49,268 nucleotides of DNA, taken from sequence record OY978817.1; one strand, written 5' to 3'. The notes under the pieces are model-generated. The model ran no database searches. It was given only the letters and a program-made list of their open reading frames with translations, and had not been told where the DNA came from. Position numbers and translations under genes: made by a program. How positions within the stretch are numbered: position 1 is the first letter of the stretch; every line of letters starts with the position of its first letter. This document shows, piece by piece, positions 19,701 to 28,011 of this stretch. Source of the stretch: Klebsiella phage vB_Kpn_K2alpha62.

Positions 19701-20559
19701 GCTAGATCAGAAACTCGACTCGTGGGCAAACGTTAATGGCGTTGGTTCCATGTATACGATGAAGCTTGGATTGAAGTACAACGGCCAGGAATATAATTCC
19801 GGGATGGCCCTACAGCTTACCGCGCAAGGGAGCAACGTTGTTTCGCAGGTGCTGTTCATTGCTGATAGATTTGCTATCATCCGTAATGCAGCATCCGGCG
19901 CGTACACGCTACCGTTTGTTGTGCAGAATGACCAGGTTTTCATGAATAACGCGCTTATTCAGGACGGTTCTATTACCAACGCGAAGATCGGCCAATTCAT
20001 CCAGTCCAACAACTATGTTTCAGGTAGTCGAGGATGGTCAATAGACAAAAACGGGAATGCTGAGTTCAGCGGCGTAACTGTAAGGGGGCACATTGAGGCT
20101 GATAGCGGTTCATTTCATGGCACCATCGACGCAACCGACGGGATATTCCGCGGATCGGTTGAAGCAAATAGTTTTGTGGGAGATATCGCGGCAATGGGGC
20201 CATTCCCGACGAGAGTTGGGTCGGCATGGAAATCACGCGTCGTGCACCATGATTCAAGTGAAAAAGGAGGGAAAAACTACGCAATTCTCGGACTAATTCG
20301 CTGGGATGCTGGCGACAAGACTGGCTCGGTTATCGTTGAGTGTTATGTTAATGGCGCAAGGGTATCTTCTCAAACGTATAATGGCAGAGATGCAGGGGAA
20401 TCAACCCGTGCTCGCCTAACTGCTGTAGGTGTTGCGACGGGCATCAACACGAAGGATACTTTGGTTGAGATTGTCGTAAGAGGGACTGGCACCAGTACAC
20501 TGGAGGCTGGTTACTGCGTCATGTCTCGCGGCTCAGGCTCATGGGAATCGGTAGCATAA
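16756..20559 (+). CDS. lambda gpJ-like central tail fibre / receptor-binding protein
   Basis: 1267 aa; characteristic J-like N-terminus, FN3-like repeats and C-terminal coiled coil. Confidence 0.92.
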   Translation: MTNIKARKGGSSKPRTPVEMPDNLISKDKIKLLLAVSDGEVVNDFSLKQLHFGGVPVQNEDGTFNYEGVIAEFRPGTQTQSYIQGFSESSAEFQVAREVTHNTPYTLTVSNKNLSAIRFRLLWPRVLTQKDNGDMVGSVVEYKIEMAVDGASYQTYLTGKIDGKNTTGGYDRSIRVNLPQNFTSQVLIRVSRVTPDADGVKVVDAFRVESYAEVIDAKFRYPLTAMLYVEFDSDLFQNQIPTISLKKKWKIIQVPSNYDPINRTYSGTWDGVFKWAWSNNPAWVLYDLIMNQRYGLDQRELGIPVDKWSLYEVAQYCDELVPDNRGGMEPRYLMDVIVQSQVEAFQLVRDICSAFRGMTFYNGESLSIIVDKPRDPVYLFTADNVVDGVFVRTFPSEKTMYTSCNVMFDDEENQYEQDVEPVFNPDAAMRFGHNPTSITAIGCTRRTEANRRGRWILQTNLSATTVSFSTGLEGMIPSCGDVIYVADPHWQSAFNLVLSGRVMEVSGVQVFLAYRCDAKAGDTLILNTDDGKPVRRTIASVSADGKTLTLNVGFNFDVAPDSVFLIESDQLAAEQYVVTRIEKGSDDDEFTFAITATQYDPNKYDAIDNGVITDSRPTSVVDPDSLGAPKDLTISSFSRIVQGMSVETMVIGWSAVQYAKLYEVQWRKDGGNWNNVPRTATTQVDIEGIYAGEYQARVRCISGGNVASPWSALASASLTGKVGAPKGPINLFASDNEIFGIRVKWAMPEGAEDTAYIELYQSQSGTDQDASLLTLIPYPAAEYWHSILPAGYVNFYKARSVDRIGNVSEWTDYARGMSSTDVNAITDTILDEILDSDAMKELQVSAQDSAAKLNDYANSIIQNALANDADVRKMTKENGKRKAEIAHTTVLIANESEARAAEITQLKAQIDEDITSQVTILNEAIATESETRATQINQLQTQFGEDMAAGFTQVNQAIASESEARANSEAALDAKIGQNSAALDQKLDSWANVNGVGSMYTMKLGLKYNGQEYNSGMALQLTAQGSNVVSQVLFIADRFAIIRNAASGAYTLPFVVQNDQVFMNNALIQDGSITNAKIGQFIQSNNYVSGSRGWSIDKNGNAEFSGVTVRGHIEADSGSFHGTIDATDGIFRGSVEANSFVGDIAAMGPFPTRVGSAWKSRVVHHDSSEKGGKNYAILGLIRWDAGDKTGSVIVECYVNGARVSSQTYNGRDAGESTRARLTAVGVATGINTKDTLVEIVVRGTGTSTLEAGYCVMSRGSGSWESVA

Positions 20560-20566
20560 CTGGAGG

Positions 20567-20584
20567 CGGCCCCTTCGGGGGCCG
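20567..20584 (+). other. hairpin CGGCCCC-TTCG-GGGGCCG after the J-like gene
   Basis: 7-bp stem, no U-tract. Confidence 0.5.
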
Positions 20585-20824
20585 ATATTGGATATAAGTA
20601 ATTAGCCATTAAATCGCCACTTCAATTCCTAGCTTCGTGTTTCCTGCATTACCTAACATATAGGTTGCATTTAATCGTCTTGCCTTGTTCAGTATCTTAT
20701 TCAGTATCTTCTTTAGTGTATTATCCTATACCCACTTGGATATGTGGATCTTGATGTGCATATATTCATCTTCATGAAATGAGAGTTATCTTTCAACACC
20801 ATAAATGTACTGGTGATTTACCAT

Positions 20825-20850
20825 AAAAAACACCGCCGAAGCGGTGTTTT
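20825..20850. terminator. bidirectional intrinsic terminator ACACCGC-CGAA-GCGGTGT flanked by A6 and T4
   Basis: T-tract on both strands, between convergent genes. Confidence 0.85.
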
Positions 20851-20855
20851 CATAT

Positions 20856-20885
20856 ACGCTAACCGTTGCGGTGAACGGTTGGCGT
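20856..20885 (-). other. 12-bp hairpin ACGCYAACCGTT...AACGGTTRGCGT preceding the terminator
   Basis: direct dyad with one wobble. Confidence 0.5.
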
Positions 20886-20910
20886 TAATTGTTTAATATT
20901 CTACTTTAAT

Positions 20911-23634
20911 TTAGCTACTCATAAATCCATTTGCTTTCAAAGATGCAAGTAGTGAGTTTATAACCTCGTTCACTCCAGCTACATCTGTAGCTGAACTCGC
21001 AGGTATTGATGGCATTTGCGTTGTATTATCACCAACTCTAAATCTATCAATAGCTACCGAGTATGGCGGTTCGAATTGCCCATATCTACCTAAGTCATTG
21101 TATACAGCATATATTTTAAGGAAGAACCTTTTATTATATGCAAAACCAGACATGAAGTGCGATCTAAGTGAGCCAGTGTAATTAGCACTGTTAACAAATC
21201 CATATCTTATTTTCTTCGCACCTGTAGGAACATCAAACCTAACGAATCCACTTATCGGGAACGTTGAGTTAAAACTTTGAGGCGAATACCAGTTTGATGA
21301 CAAAACAGACCCACTGGCATCAAGCGCCTGAATTATAAACCTCCCATCACCTGAGTTTGCATAAGTCGTTTGAATGAATATGTATTTAATTTCATCCAAG
21401 GCGTTTGATTCTGTTACTGATCCTCCAAACTCAGAAACAGAAAACTCATTGTATAGATGCATAGGTGTAAGCGGTTCGTTATGGTTGCTTAGATAATTAA
21501 GCCTGAAACCGTTGTTCAAGTCAGTTGAACTATACATTGCTCCATTGCTCCACATTATTCTTGTGTGAGGGACATTTGAACCAGTGCTTGGTGTTAGCCC
21601 TATAATTTGTGATGTTTCATTGTGAATAAGAGATGAAACATCAAGTTTATTTGACATGTTATCAAATGCAACACTGTTTATCCCAAGCTGCGAGTTAACA
21701 AGCCTTGGGTGTATTACTCCAGATATTCTGTTTGTTGCCAATCCATTAGCATCCCACACGTTATATTTTAATGCCTCGTCTGGAGTGAACCCACCAATCT
21801 CATAATTATATGTGTTATTCATGAGTTTTATTGTAGATAGCGTATTGATTTTGAATATGTGCGGGCTATCTATTTTAAAACCAAGGCATGACGACACAAC
21901 TATTGCAGCGCCAGAAATATCCTTTAAGTAATTTGACTCAATAGTATCAATATTATCAGCCGTTATTGCTGTTCCGTCAGTTGTGAAGCCATTAATGTCC
22001 TCTAGATCAGTGCCGTAAAATATGAATGAATTACATTGTGTTATAGTTGCTAGTGATGTATTGCGTGGGCTCCCATGTCCTGATAACTGACCGCCAATGT
22101 ACTGAACGTTGCTTAATCCTTGGAAATAAGCCTGGCAACCAACATCATTAACACTATCCATTACTTTGATATATTCATTTTTAGTTGTCTTATATGTCGC
22201 ACCAAGAGCAAAACTGGTTGGCCCATTCCCGTTGCAAATTGTGTTGAAAAAATGTACTGGTGCGCTATGTCCATATTGCTGTCCTTCTTTAAAAGACTCA
22301 ATGAATATACCTTGAAAATAGTTTGATTGCGCCCTGCAACTATGAAATTCAATCTGATTGATACATTCAGGTTCGCCAACATAGAAACCCCATCTGAACG
22401 TGTCTACATAGACGTGCTCCAATACTAATTTCCTATTGTCTCCTACGCTTCTATCAAAGTTTATCCCCTTCCCTAAATATGAGTTAGAAAAGCAATTTAT
22501 GCTTGATATTCTCCCCATAGAACATCCACTTATGTTCATGAAGGCGTCAGTTTTTGGGTTAGCCTTGTTTGATGGGTTGTGATAAAAAACAGTCCCAGGG
22601 CGGCCTTCGATATGGATTGGCCCTGTTATTCTTAATGTATCTGAACTTTCAAAATAGTATGTTCCTGTGCTAAGATTTAATTTGAAAGATTTACTAATTG
22701 CAAGATTAAAAGCGGCTTGCATCATTGCTGTGTTATCAAAAAGTTCAGCAGGTAAAACGTTAAAGTTTGGTGGTGGTGTTGCAGTAGTTTTACAACCAAA
22801 ATCCTCGGCTGTAAATGAATTATTATTTACCACTCGTGTCCAATAGTACCCAGGGCCGGCAGCGATATACCCACCATCGTCTGTGGCCGTTCCTATGCTA
22901 CTGATAAACTCACCACCTCCTGTTGGCATTTTATTTTCCGCCGCCCAACCATCATAATACGATGTAAGCAGAACATGCTGACCAGACTTTTTAGGTTTCA
23001 AGTTACGTAGAGCAGCAAATGAACTGACGCGACCGATGGAGTCAAATCCGTCAGGTTGCGCCAAAACAACCAGCGTTGATTGATCTCCAGCGTTGTCAAT
23101 GATCTGCTGAATTTGGTCTCTTGTAGTCTCCGCTGCAACCTCTGAATTTTTTGCCGCATTTTCAGAAGATTTTGCGTTATCCTCTGAAGTTTTTGCCTTA
23201 CTTTCAGACGCAGCCGCAGCCGCAGCGCTTGATTCCGAAGCTTCGGAGTCTGCCTTAATTTGGTTAGCAAGATTTTGCAGCGATTCGAAATCGAACTCCT
23301 TAAAGAACTCGACTGCATCCGCAATTACGGTTTCCTGTGACTGATAGTAGCGAAGAGTTTCAGCAACATCTTGCGCCAGTCCGTCAACGGTAAGCGAGTC
23401 GCTTAACAGGATCGCGTAGTCAGTAGACGCTACAACAGCGCCGTTTGTGGTAATTGCTTTAATTTCCGTGTCACTGACTACCTTGTTTACGACGGCCATT
23501 TGAATCGGTGACGACAAAAACATAATCGTCGCACCAGGGCGAATCAGCGAAAGCGATGATTGCCATTTAGTGCCAGTCCCGGTAACGGTTCCGTCTGCGG
23601 CCATAGCCGCTTTGCCTTCTCTGTATAGTGCCAT
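20911..23634 (-). CDS. tailspike / putative depolymerase
   Basis: 907 aa; conserved virion-anchoring N-terminus [24 protein letters not shown], Ala/Ser coiled segment, beta-helix-like body. Confidence 0.85.
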   Translation of the reverse strand: MALYREGKAAMAADGTVTGTGTKWQSSLSLIRPGATIMFLSSPIQMAVVNKVVSDTEIKAITTNGAVVASTDYAILLSDSLTVDGLAQDVAETLRYYQSQETVIADAVEFFKEFDFESLQNLANQIKADSEASESSAAAAAASESKAKTSEDNAKSSENAAKNSEVAAETTRDQIQQIIDNAGDQSTLVVLAQPDGFDSIGRVSSFAALRNLKPKKSGQHVLLTSYYDGWAAENKMPTGGGEFISSIGTATDDGGYIAAGPGYYWTRVVNNNSFTAEDFGCKTTATPPPNFNVLPAELFDNTAMMQAAFNLAISKSFKLNLSTGTYYFESSDTLRITGPIHIEGRPGTVFYHNPSNKANPKTDAFMNISGCSMGRISSINCFSNSYLGKGINFDRSVGDNRKLVLEHVYVDTFRWGFYVGEPECINQIEFHSCRAQSNYFQGIFIESFKEGQQYGHSAPVHFFNTICNGNGPTSFALGATYKTTKNEYIKVMDSVNDVGCQAYFQGLSNVQYIGGQLSGHGSPRNTSLATITQCNSFIFYGTDLEDINGFTTDGTAITADNIDTIESNYLKDISGAAIVVSSCLGFKIDSPHIFKINTLSTIKLMNNTYNYEIGGFTPDEALKYNVWDANGLATNRISGVIHPRLVNSQLGINSVAFDNMSNKLDVSSLIHNETSQIIGLTPSTGSNVPHTRIMWSNGAMYSSTDLNNGFRLNYLSNHNEPLTPMHLYNEFSVSEFGGSVTESNALDEIKYIFIQTTYANSGDGRFIIQALDASGSVLSSNWYSPQSFNSTFPISGFVRFDVPTGAKKIRYGFVNSANYTGSLRSHFMSGFAYNKRFFLKIYAVYNDLGRYGQFEPPYSVAIDRFRVGDNTTQMPSIPASSATDVAGVNEVINSLLASLKANGFMSS

Positions 23635-23695
23635 GTCTTTAGTCCTCTATGGTTGGTTGAGTAATGCAGATAATAGCATCAATGAACAGAAAAAA

Positions 23696-23717
23696 AAAGG
23701 AGCTTTTCGGCTCCTTT
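23696..23717 (-). terminator. intrinsic terminator AAAGGAGC-CGAAAA-GCTCCTTT followed by T-tract (minus strand)
   Basis: 8-bp stem plus at least 8 Ts on the minus strand, downstream of SSB. Confidence 0.85.
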
Positions 23718-23727
23718 ACTTGTTAAA

Positions 23728-24195
23728 TTAGAACGGGATATCATCATCGAAATCCATCCCAGGATTCCCGCCGCTGTTTTGCTGTTTAGGCGCTTGCTGC
23801 GGCTTGGGTTGTTGAGGCTGGCCCCACCCGGATTGCTGATTGCCGCCGCTTTGCGCAGGCTCGCGCTGGCTGAATTCGAGTTGTGGCATAATCATTTCGT
23901 TGTGGCTGTAAATTGTGCCGTTGTGCTCGCGGCTCACGATCTGAAGCGTCCGGCAGGTGATGCTGATCACCTTATCAATTTGCAGCGCTTCATCGTACCA
24001 CTTAATCATGCTTTCTTTTGCAAAGAAAACAGCGCGGTAGTTCGTGTAAATTGTTTCGTCCTCGCCATCACGATTGCGGATCTTCATCCGCTCCGACAGG
24101 TCTACGGCGTACATCTTCCACGGCCCGTTATTATTGCTGCCTTCCTTGATGTACGGTTCTTTTCGGATTACACCTGTTACAACATGCATTGTCAT
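23728..24195 (-). CDS. ssb: single-stranded DNA-binding protein
   Basis: OB-fold-like N-terminus, Gln/Gly-rich linker, acidic tip DFDDDIPF. Confidence 0.9.
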   Translation of the reverse strand: MTMHVVTGVIRKEPYIKEGSNNNGPWKMYAVDLSERMKIRNRDGEDETIYTNYRAVFFAKESMIKWYDEALQIDKVISITCRTLQIVSREHNGTIYSHNEMIMPQLEFSQREPAQSGGNQQSGWGQPQQPKPQQAPKQQNSGGNPGMDFDDDIPF

Positions 24196-24225
24196 TCCTA
24201 TGGGGCGGTCTCCCGCCCGGTTAAA

Positions 24226-24882
24226 TTAGTTGAAAGATGAGATATCTTGCGCTTCTGGTTCGGGCTTTGATTCTACCTTTTCCGGCTCCCGTTTAGCAAC
24301 CTCTTGCGGTTTACCAGGGTTAAAGCCGTTCGCCGGGGTGACTTTCATTTCCGCCTGGCGTTTGGTGATATCGTCTTCCGTCATTTTCCATTCCGCAGGC
24401 GTTAACGTTTGTTTCGCCAGCTTATAGATCTCACGAAGCGATTCGAGATCTTCGCACGCGTCAATGCGTTTTTTGAAGTCTTTCGGCGTCATCTTCGTAA
24501 TTTCTGCATCATCATCCGCCTGCTTGATGCCGAGAGCTGCGGCCAGTGCATAGCGGCGGGCGTAAGATGTTGTTGAACCGTATGCTTGTTCGACTGTTTT
24601 GCTGATCGGCATATTGTACTGAAACGCCATGAACTCGCCGCTTTCATGCAGAAACATCGTTTCGAGGTGCATAACCTTTTCGGTGCTGGTATCCATCATG
24701 GATTGAATGACCATAATTTTATTCTTCTCCAGCGCCGGGGAAATCGCGTCGAGGATATCACCAAGATTCGCATATGTGTTCCCAAGATGGTTGTTCTTCC
24801 CGCTTTTCTTTGCGGCCACGAAGCCAGATTTTGCCTTGATTAATGCGGCTGCGATGGTGGTAAATTTTTCAGATGTACGCAT
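24226..24882 (-). CDS. ERF-family single-strand annealing recombinase
   Basis: ALIKAKSGFVAAKKSGKNNHLGNTYANLGDILDAISPALEKN...TTSYARRYALAAALGI. Confidence 0.9.
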   Translation of the reverse strand: MRTSEKFTTIAAALIKAKSGFVAAKKSGKNNHLGNTYANLGDILDAISPALEKNKIMVIQSMMDTSTEKVMHLETMFLHESGEFMAFQYNMPISKTVEQAYGSTTSYARRYALAAALGIKQADDDAEITKMTPKDFKKRIDACEDLESLREIYKLAKQTLTPAEWKMTEDDITKRQAEMKVTPANGFNPGKPQEVAKREPEKVESKPEPEAQDISSFN

Positions 24883-24941
24883 GATAAAGTTTCCTTTTCC
24901 TGATTGGTAATGCGCACTATATCACAAGTGCGCGCCAGTGT

Positions 24942-25988
24942 TTAGCTATTTGTGCCGTATACGTCCGGGAACATGTATTTCACAAACTGCGGAGTAGGCA
25001 AAACGACTTCCGCCGCGTTTGACTCATATGATGGCCATGAATCATGCTTCACGCATTCCGCATACTGATGAATCACGCTTTGATACTGCTTGCGACCGAT
25101 CTCGATCTGCTGGCTGGTCAGGGTGAACGCCAGCGGAGCAAACGGTGATTTTTTCTCCTGCGTTAGCAGTCTGACAACTACCGGGCGTTTTTCGTTGTAA
25201 GTCTTCACGAACAGATCGCGCTGCAATGCCATCTTGAGATAGTAGCCCAAGTTGAAGGCGAGTCGCCCGAAATCGTCAGGCTTGGAAGATTGCGTGGTTT
25301 TGTAGTCGGTAATCACCACTACTTCGAAAACCTCATCCGGGTTGAATCCCCACTCCTTGATTAGTTCTGGATCGGAAACAACGTCAACATGATCGAGTCT
25401 AACCTTGACCTTGACGCCGAAGATCTCACCGAAGATTGACAATTCACGCTGTGCGGTAGGCGATTCGATACATGCGGCGTGTCGCGGGTTGGCCAACATC
25501 ACGCTTCGCATTTGAACAACGGCATCGAAATCAACATCTTTAACCAGCTTGCGCCCGGAGTTCATAGCGGCGCTTTCGTCGCAAAGTTCAATCGCCCACC
25601 AAACATTTACGTCAATCCCTGCGCGATATGCCATTTCCAGAAGTTCCGGGTAATCCTTGTTGGACGTCCCAATCAGGCCACATGCTTTCAGCTTCGCAGA
25701 CAATGCCGACTTCGACGTAATCAGATCTTTAACATCGCCCGGAGAAGTCGCCCGCAGGTACTCGCCATTAAATTTTGCCGTCTCAAGCATACAGGTATGC
25801 GAACAGGTTCCGAACGCCAGCGCGGCGGTTTCCTCGCGTACCTTGAATTTCCAGTGCGCCGGGGATGTTGCGTAAATCTCGCCGAGGCTTGAGCCGCTAA
25901 CGTACTCCGCGCACCAGGAGCTAGGATCGTGATATTGCTCGTTAGTCAATTCACTGCTGGTGTATGCCCTGAAAATTGCTTCAGCCAT
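24942..25988 (-). CDS. RecE-like / PD-(D/E)XK exonuclease (DUF3799-like)
   Basis: YEVSGSSLGEI-type N-terminus, EIFGEIFGVKVKVRLDHVDV...VVITDYKTT. Confidence 0.85.
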   Translation of the reverse strand: MAEAIFRAYTSSELTNEQYHDPSSWCAEYVSGSSLGEIYATSPAHWKFKVREETAALAFGTCSHTCMLETAKFNGEYLRATSPGDVKDLITSKSALSAKLKACGLIGTSNKDYPELLEMAYRAGIDVNVWWAIELCDESAAMNSGRKLVKDVDFDAVVQMRSVMLANPRHAACIESPTAQRELSIFGEIFGVKVKVRLDHVDVVSDPELIKEWGFNPDEVFEVVVITDYKTTQSSKPDDFGRLAFNLGYYLKMALQRDLFVKTYNEKRPVVVRLLTQEKKSPFAPLAFTLTSQQIEIGRKQYQSVIHQYAECVKHDSWPSYESNAAEVVLPTPQFVKYMFPDVYGTNS

Positions 25989-26021
25989 TGATATTGCTCC
26001 ATTTGTGGTTTCGTTGCGTTA

Positions 26022-26063
26022 AGTATACGCATGACGATTCCCGGCGCAAGTCAAAAAGTGCTA
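26022..26063 (-). promoter_or_regulatory. promoter family member: TAGCACTTTTTGACT-N21-TATACT
   Basis: variant of the repeated module, 75 nt upstream of the exonuclease start. Confidence 0.6.
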
Positions 26064-26096
26064 TCCGTGGTTGGTTAAAAAATGAGCGAAATTTAC

Positions 26097-26461
26097 GTAA
26101 GATTTAGTAAGATGCATCTTACGTGGTTTTTTCCATACATTTCATAAAGTTAACGCAAATCGGTAAGATGGTAAGATCCCCATAGGTAAATATCCATGAA
26201 AAATCTGGCGCGAAATCCAGCGAAAAAAGACACATACCCCGGAGAAATCTTACCAAGATAAGTATAGAGAGATAGAGTAATAATAATATTATTATTATTT
26301 ATCACATACTTACTATCTATATATTGCGGTTAATTGGTTAAATTTTGCGCGAAATTTACGTAAGATTCATCTTACTAAATCTTACCTAAAGTGGTTCGAC
26401 CAGTTGCAAGCTACTGAATTTCAGGCATAAAAAAAGGTAAGACTGATTTTCTCAATCTTAC
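26097..26461. repeat. GTAAGAT/ATCTTAC iteron cluster in AT-rich DNA; candidate replication origin
   Basis: 10 exact copies at 26097, 26107, 26116r, 26163, 26171, 26247r, 26360, 26369r, 26379r, 26455r. Confidence 0.6.
26239..26366 (+). repeat. inverted repeat copy A (partner at 41529-41655)
   Basis: begins CCGGAGAAATCTTACCAA, contains TAATAATATTATTATTATTTATC, ends ACGTAAGAT. Confidence 0.85.
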
Positions 26462-26463
26462 CT
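26429..26463 (-). terminator. primase-operon terminator AGGTAAGATTGA-GAAAA-TCAGTCTTACCTTTTTTT built from iteron sequence
   Basis: imperfect 12-bp stem plus T7 on the minus strand. Confidence 0.75.
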
Positions 26464-26483
26464 AAATTCTGGTCAATATTTAA

Positions 26484-27443
26484 TCAGAGAAGAGATGATG
26501 CCTTGTATAACTTACGCTCAAAGCCGAGCTTGAAGTTGTCACTGTTCGGAACGATAACCTTGAGATCCCGATCGTCGGCAGCCGCCAGCATATCCCGATC
26601 TCCACGACGGCAAACTACCCGCATTTCTCGCTTACCTTCTCCGCCCTTGCCTTTATACCTGTACGCCACGATCTCGACGTTTGAAGGTATGATGCAGGCC
26701 CAAACGTCGCACTTGAACGAACTGGCAATATTGAAGTGCATCGCCTCAATCCAGGATCGAGCAAGGTAAATCGGCCCGTTACCGTCGTCGCTCTGATTGG
26801 TCACTATCACCGATCCGAAGGTCAGATCTCCAGCTAACATCTTCTCCCTGCCTTCTTCATCAATGAACATGATATTGCAATACTCATCATCCAGCCCATC
26901 TTCATGCACGAGTTGCATCGGGAGTGCGTGAATTAGCTCCTGCCTGCCGTTCTCGTGAGTTTTTACTCCAACCTGATATGATTTGATATGCTCATTTTCA
27001 ATGCCCTCATAGAGCGTTACATGCGTGCTATCGACGGCCTCCGTTCTGTTTAAAACTGCCAGCACTCTTTCATGGTCTGCCATCTTGCCGTAGTCATACC
27101 CGTTATCACGAGCTACCTGCTTGTTTCTCTTGACCACGTATTCTTGCGGAACCTTGCCGAGATAGCGCCCAAGAATGTTGATGCACTCGCTATACGGCTG
27201 GCCGCTTAACTTCATTAACCAGCCGATCCCCTTATCAGCACCGCATCCGCCACAGTATGCGCCGCCGTCGCCGCGCGTTTCTAACTTGTCAGTCCAGCGG
27301 AATCGGTCTTTGCCGCCGCAGTTCGGGCAGTCCTGATGCTTGCCGTTGAAGTATCGAGAGTGGATGCCGCAAATGTTCTGCAACGCTTCGCGCCACATGC
27401 CAGCCATGTACGGCAAAACCTCTTTTTCATCGTAAAAATCCAC
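26484..27443 (-). CDS. DNA primase (Gp4-like zinc ribbon plus Toprim-like region)
   Basis: CPNCGGKDRFRWTDK...GGAYCGGCGADKGIGWLMKLSG; GTG start. Confidence 0.88.
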   Translation of the reverse strand: MDFYDEKEVLPYMAGMWREALQNICGIHSRYFNGKHQDCPNCGGKDRFRWTDKLETRGDGGAYCGGCGADKGIGWLMKLSGQPYSECINILGRYLGKVPQEYVVKRNKQVARDNGYDYGKMADHERVLAVLNRTEAVDSTHVTLYEGIENEHIKSYQVGVKTHENGRQELIHALPMQLVHEDGLDDEYCNIMFIDEEGREKMLAGDLTFGSVIVTNQSDDGNGPIYLARSWIEAMHFNIASSFKCDVWACIIPSNVEIVAYRYKGKGGEGKREMRVVCRRGDRDMLAAADDRDLKVIVPNSDNFKLGFERKLYKASSLL

Positions 27444-27478
27444 GTCGTTACCTCCAAATAAAAAACGCCTACACGAGA

Positions 27479-27521
27479 ATGATAACCCGGCAGGCGTTTA
27501 GTGTTTAGACAAATTGTGCTA
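27479..27521 (-). promoter_or_regulatory. promoter family member: TAGCACAATTTGTCTA-N21-TATCAT
   Basis: module 78 nt upstream of the primase start; TAG is the stop codon of the HTH gene. Confidence 0.65.
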
Positions 27522-27920
27522 TCGGACTACGCGGAGCATTTCGCGGCGGTCGCATCGGCGCGTCACTGGTTTGCCGTTGCTGTCAAACCTTAAATCTGGT
27601 CGGCAGAATGAGGCGCGGAAACCTTTGCAATTGTTCCGGCGGTAGCTCTTGTGTACGAGATAAGCGCCATCGGCTGAGATCATGCCGCGCTTACGCCACT
27701 GCTGAACAACCTGGATGCTAACCCCCAACTCTTTTGCCGTTCCAGCGATGCCACCGAAGGCATCAATAACAAGCTCCATCCGCGCAGTCAACCCGGCGCG
27801 AACCTCATCCTTCAGCACGTAGTAACCAGTCGGTCGCTTGCGTTTCTTCTTATCTTTCCCGCGCGATGTTCCGTTATTGCCGTTCAAGGTTCGCTTATCC
27901 ACCTTTGCCATTTGTTCCAT
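27519..27920 (-). CDS. small basic HTH DNA-binding protein (YdaS/Cro-like)
   Basis: GGIAGTAKELGVSIQVVQQWRKRGMIS helix-turn-helix. Confidence 0.75.
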   Translation of the reverse strand: MEQMAKVDKRTLNGNNGTSRGKDKKKRKRPTGYYVLKDEVRAGLTARMELVIDAFGGIAGTAKELGVSIQVVQQWRKRGMISADGAYLVHKSYRRNNCKGFRASFCRPDLRFDSNGKPVTRRCDRREMLRVVR

Positions 27921-27933
27921 AATTTAACCCTCA

Positions 27934-27975
27934 TAGCATTTTTTGTTAAACATGATAAAATGTTCCCTGTATTAT
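27934..27975 (+). promoter_or_regulatory. promoter family member: TAGCATTTTTTGTTA-N21-TATTAT
   Basis: 78 nt upstream of the helicase ATG. Confidence 0.7.
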
Positions 27976-28011
27976 ACACGCAACTATGCGAATAACAAAT
28001 TAGGATTGCCC

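Noticed and set aside
919-19943. Many minus-strand ORFs over 60 aa antisense to the structural genes (for example 11036..11731, 11885..12352)
   Set aside because: They mirror high-GC coding genes on the plus strand, lack RBS and have unlikely composition.
20690-20716. Tandem TTCAGTATCTT repeats after the J-like gene as a CRISPR-like or regulatory array
   Set aside because: Only two short copies with no spacer structure; likely chance in AT-rich intergenic DNA.
27519-27920. HTH protein as a lysogeny repressor of a temperate phage
   Set aside because: No integrase, excisionase, CI/Cro pair or attachment site was seen, and the gene set is that of a virulent T1-like phage.
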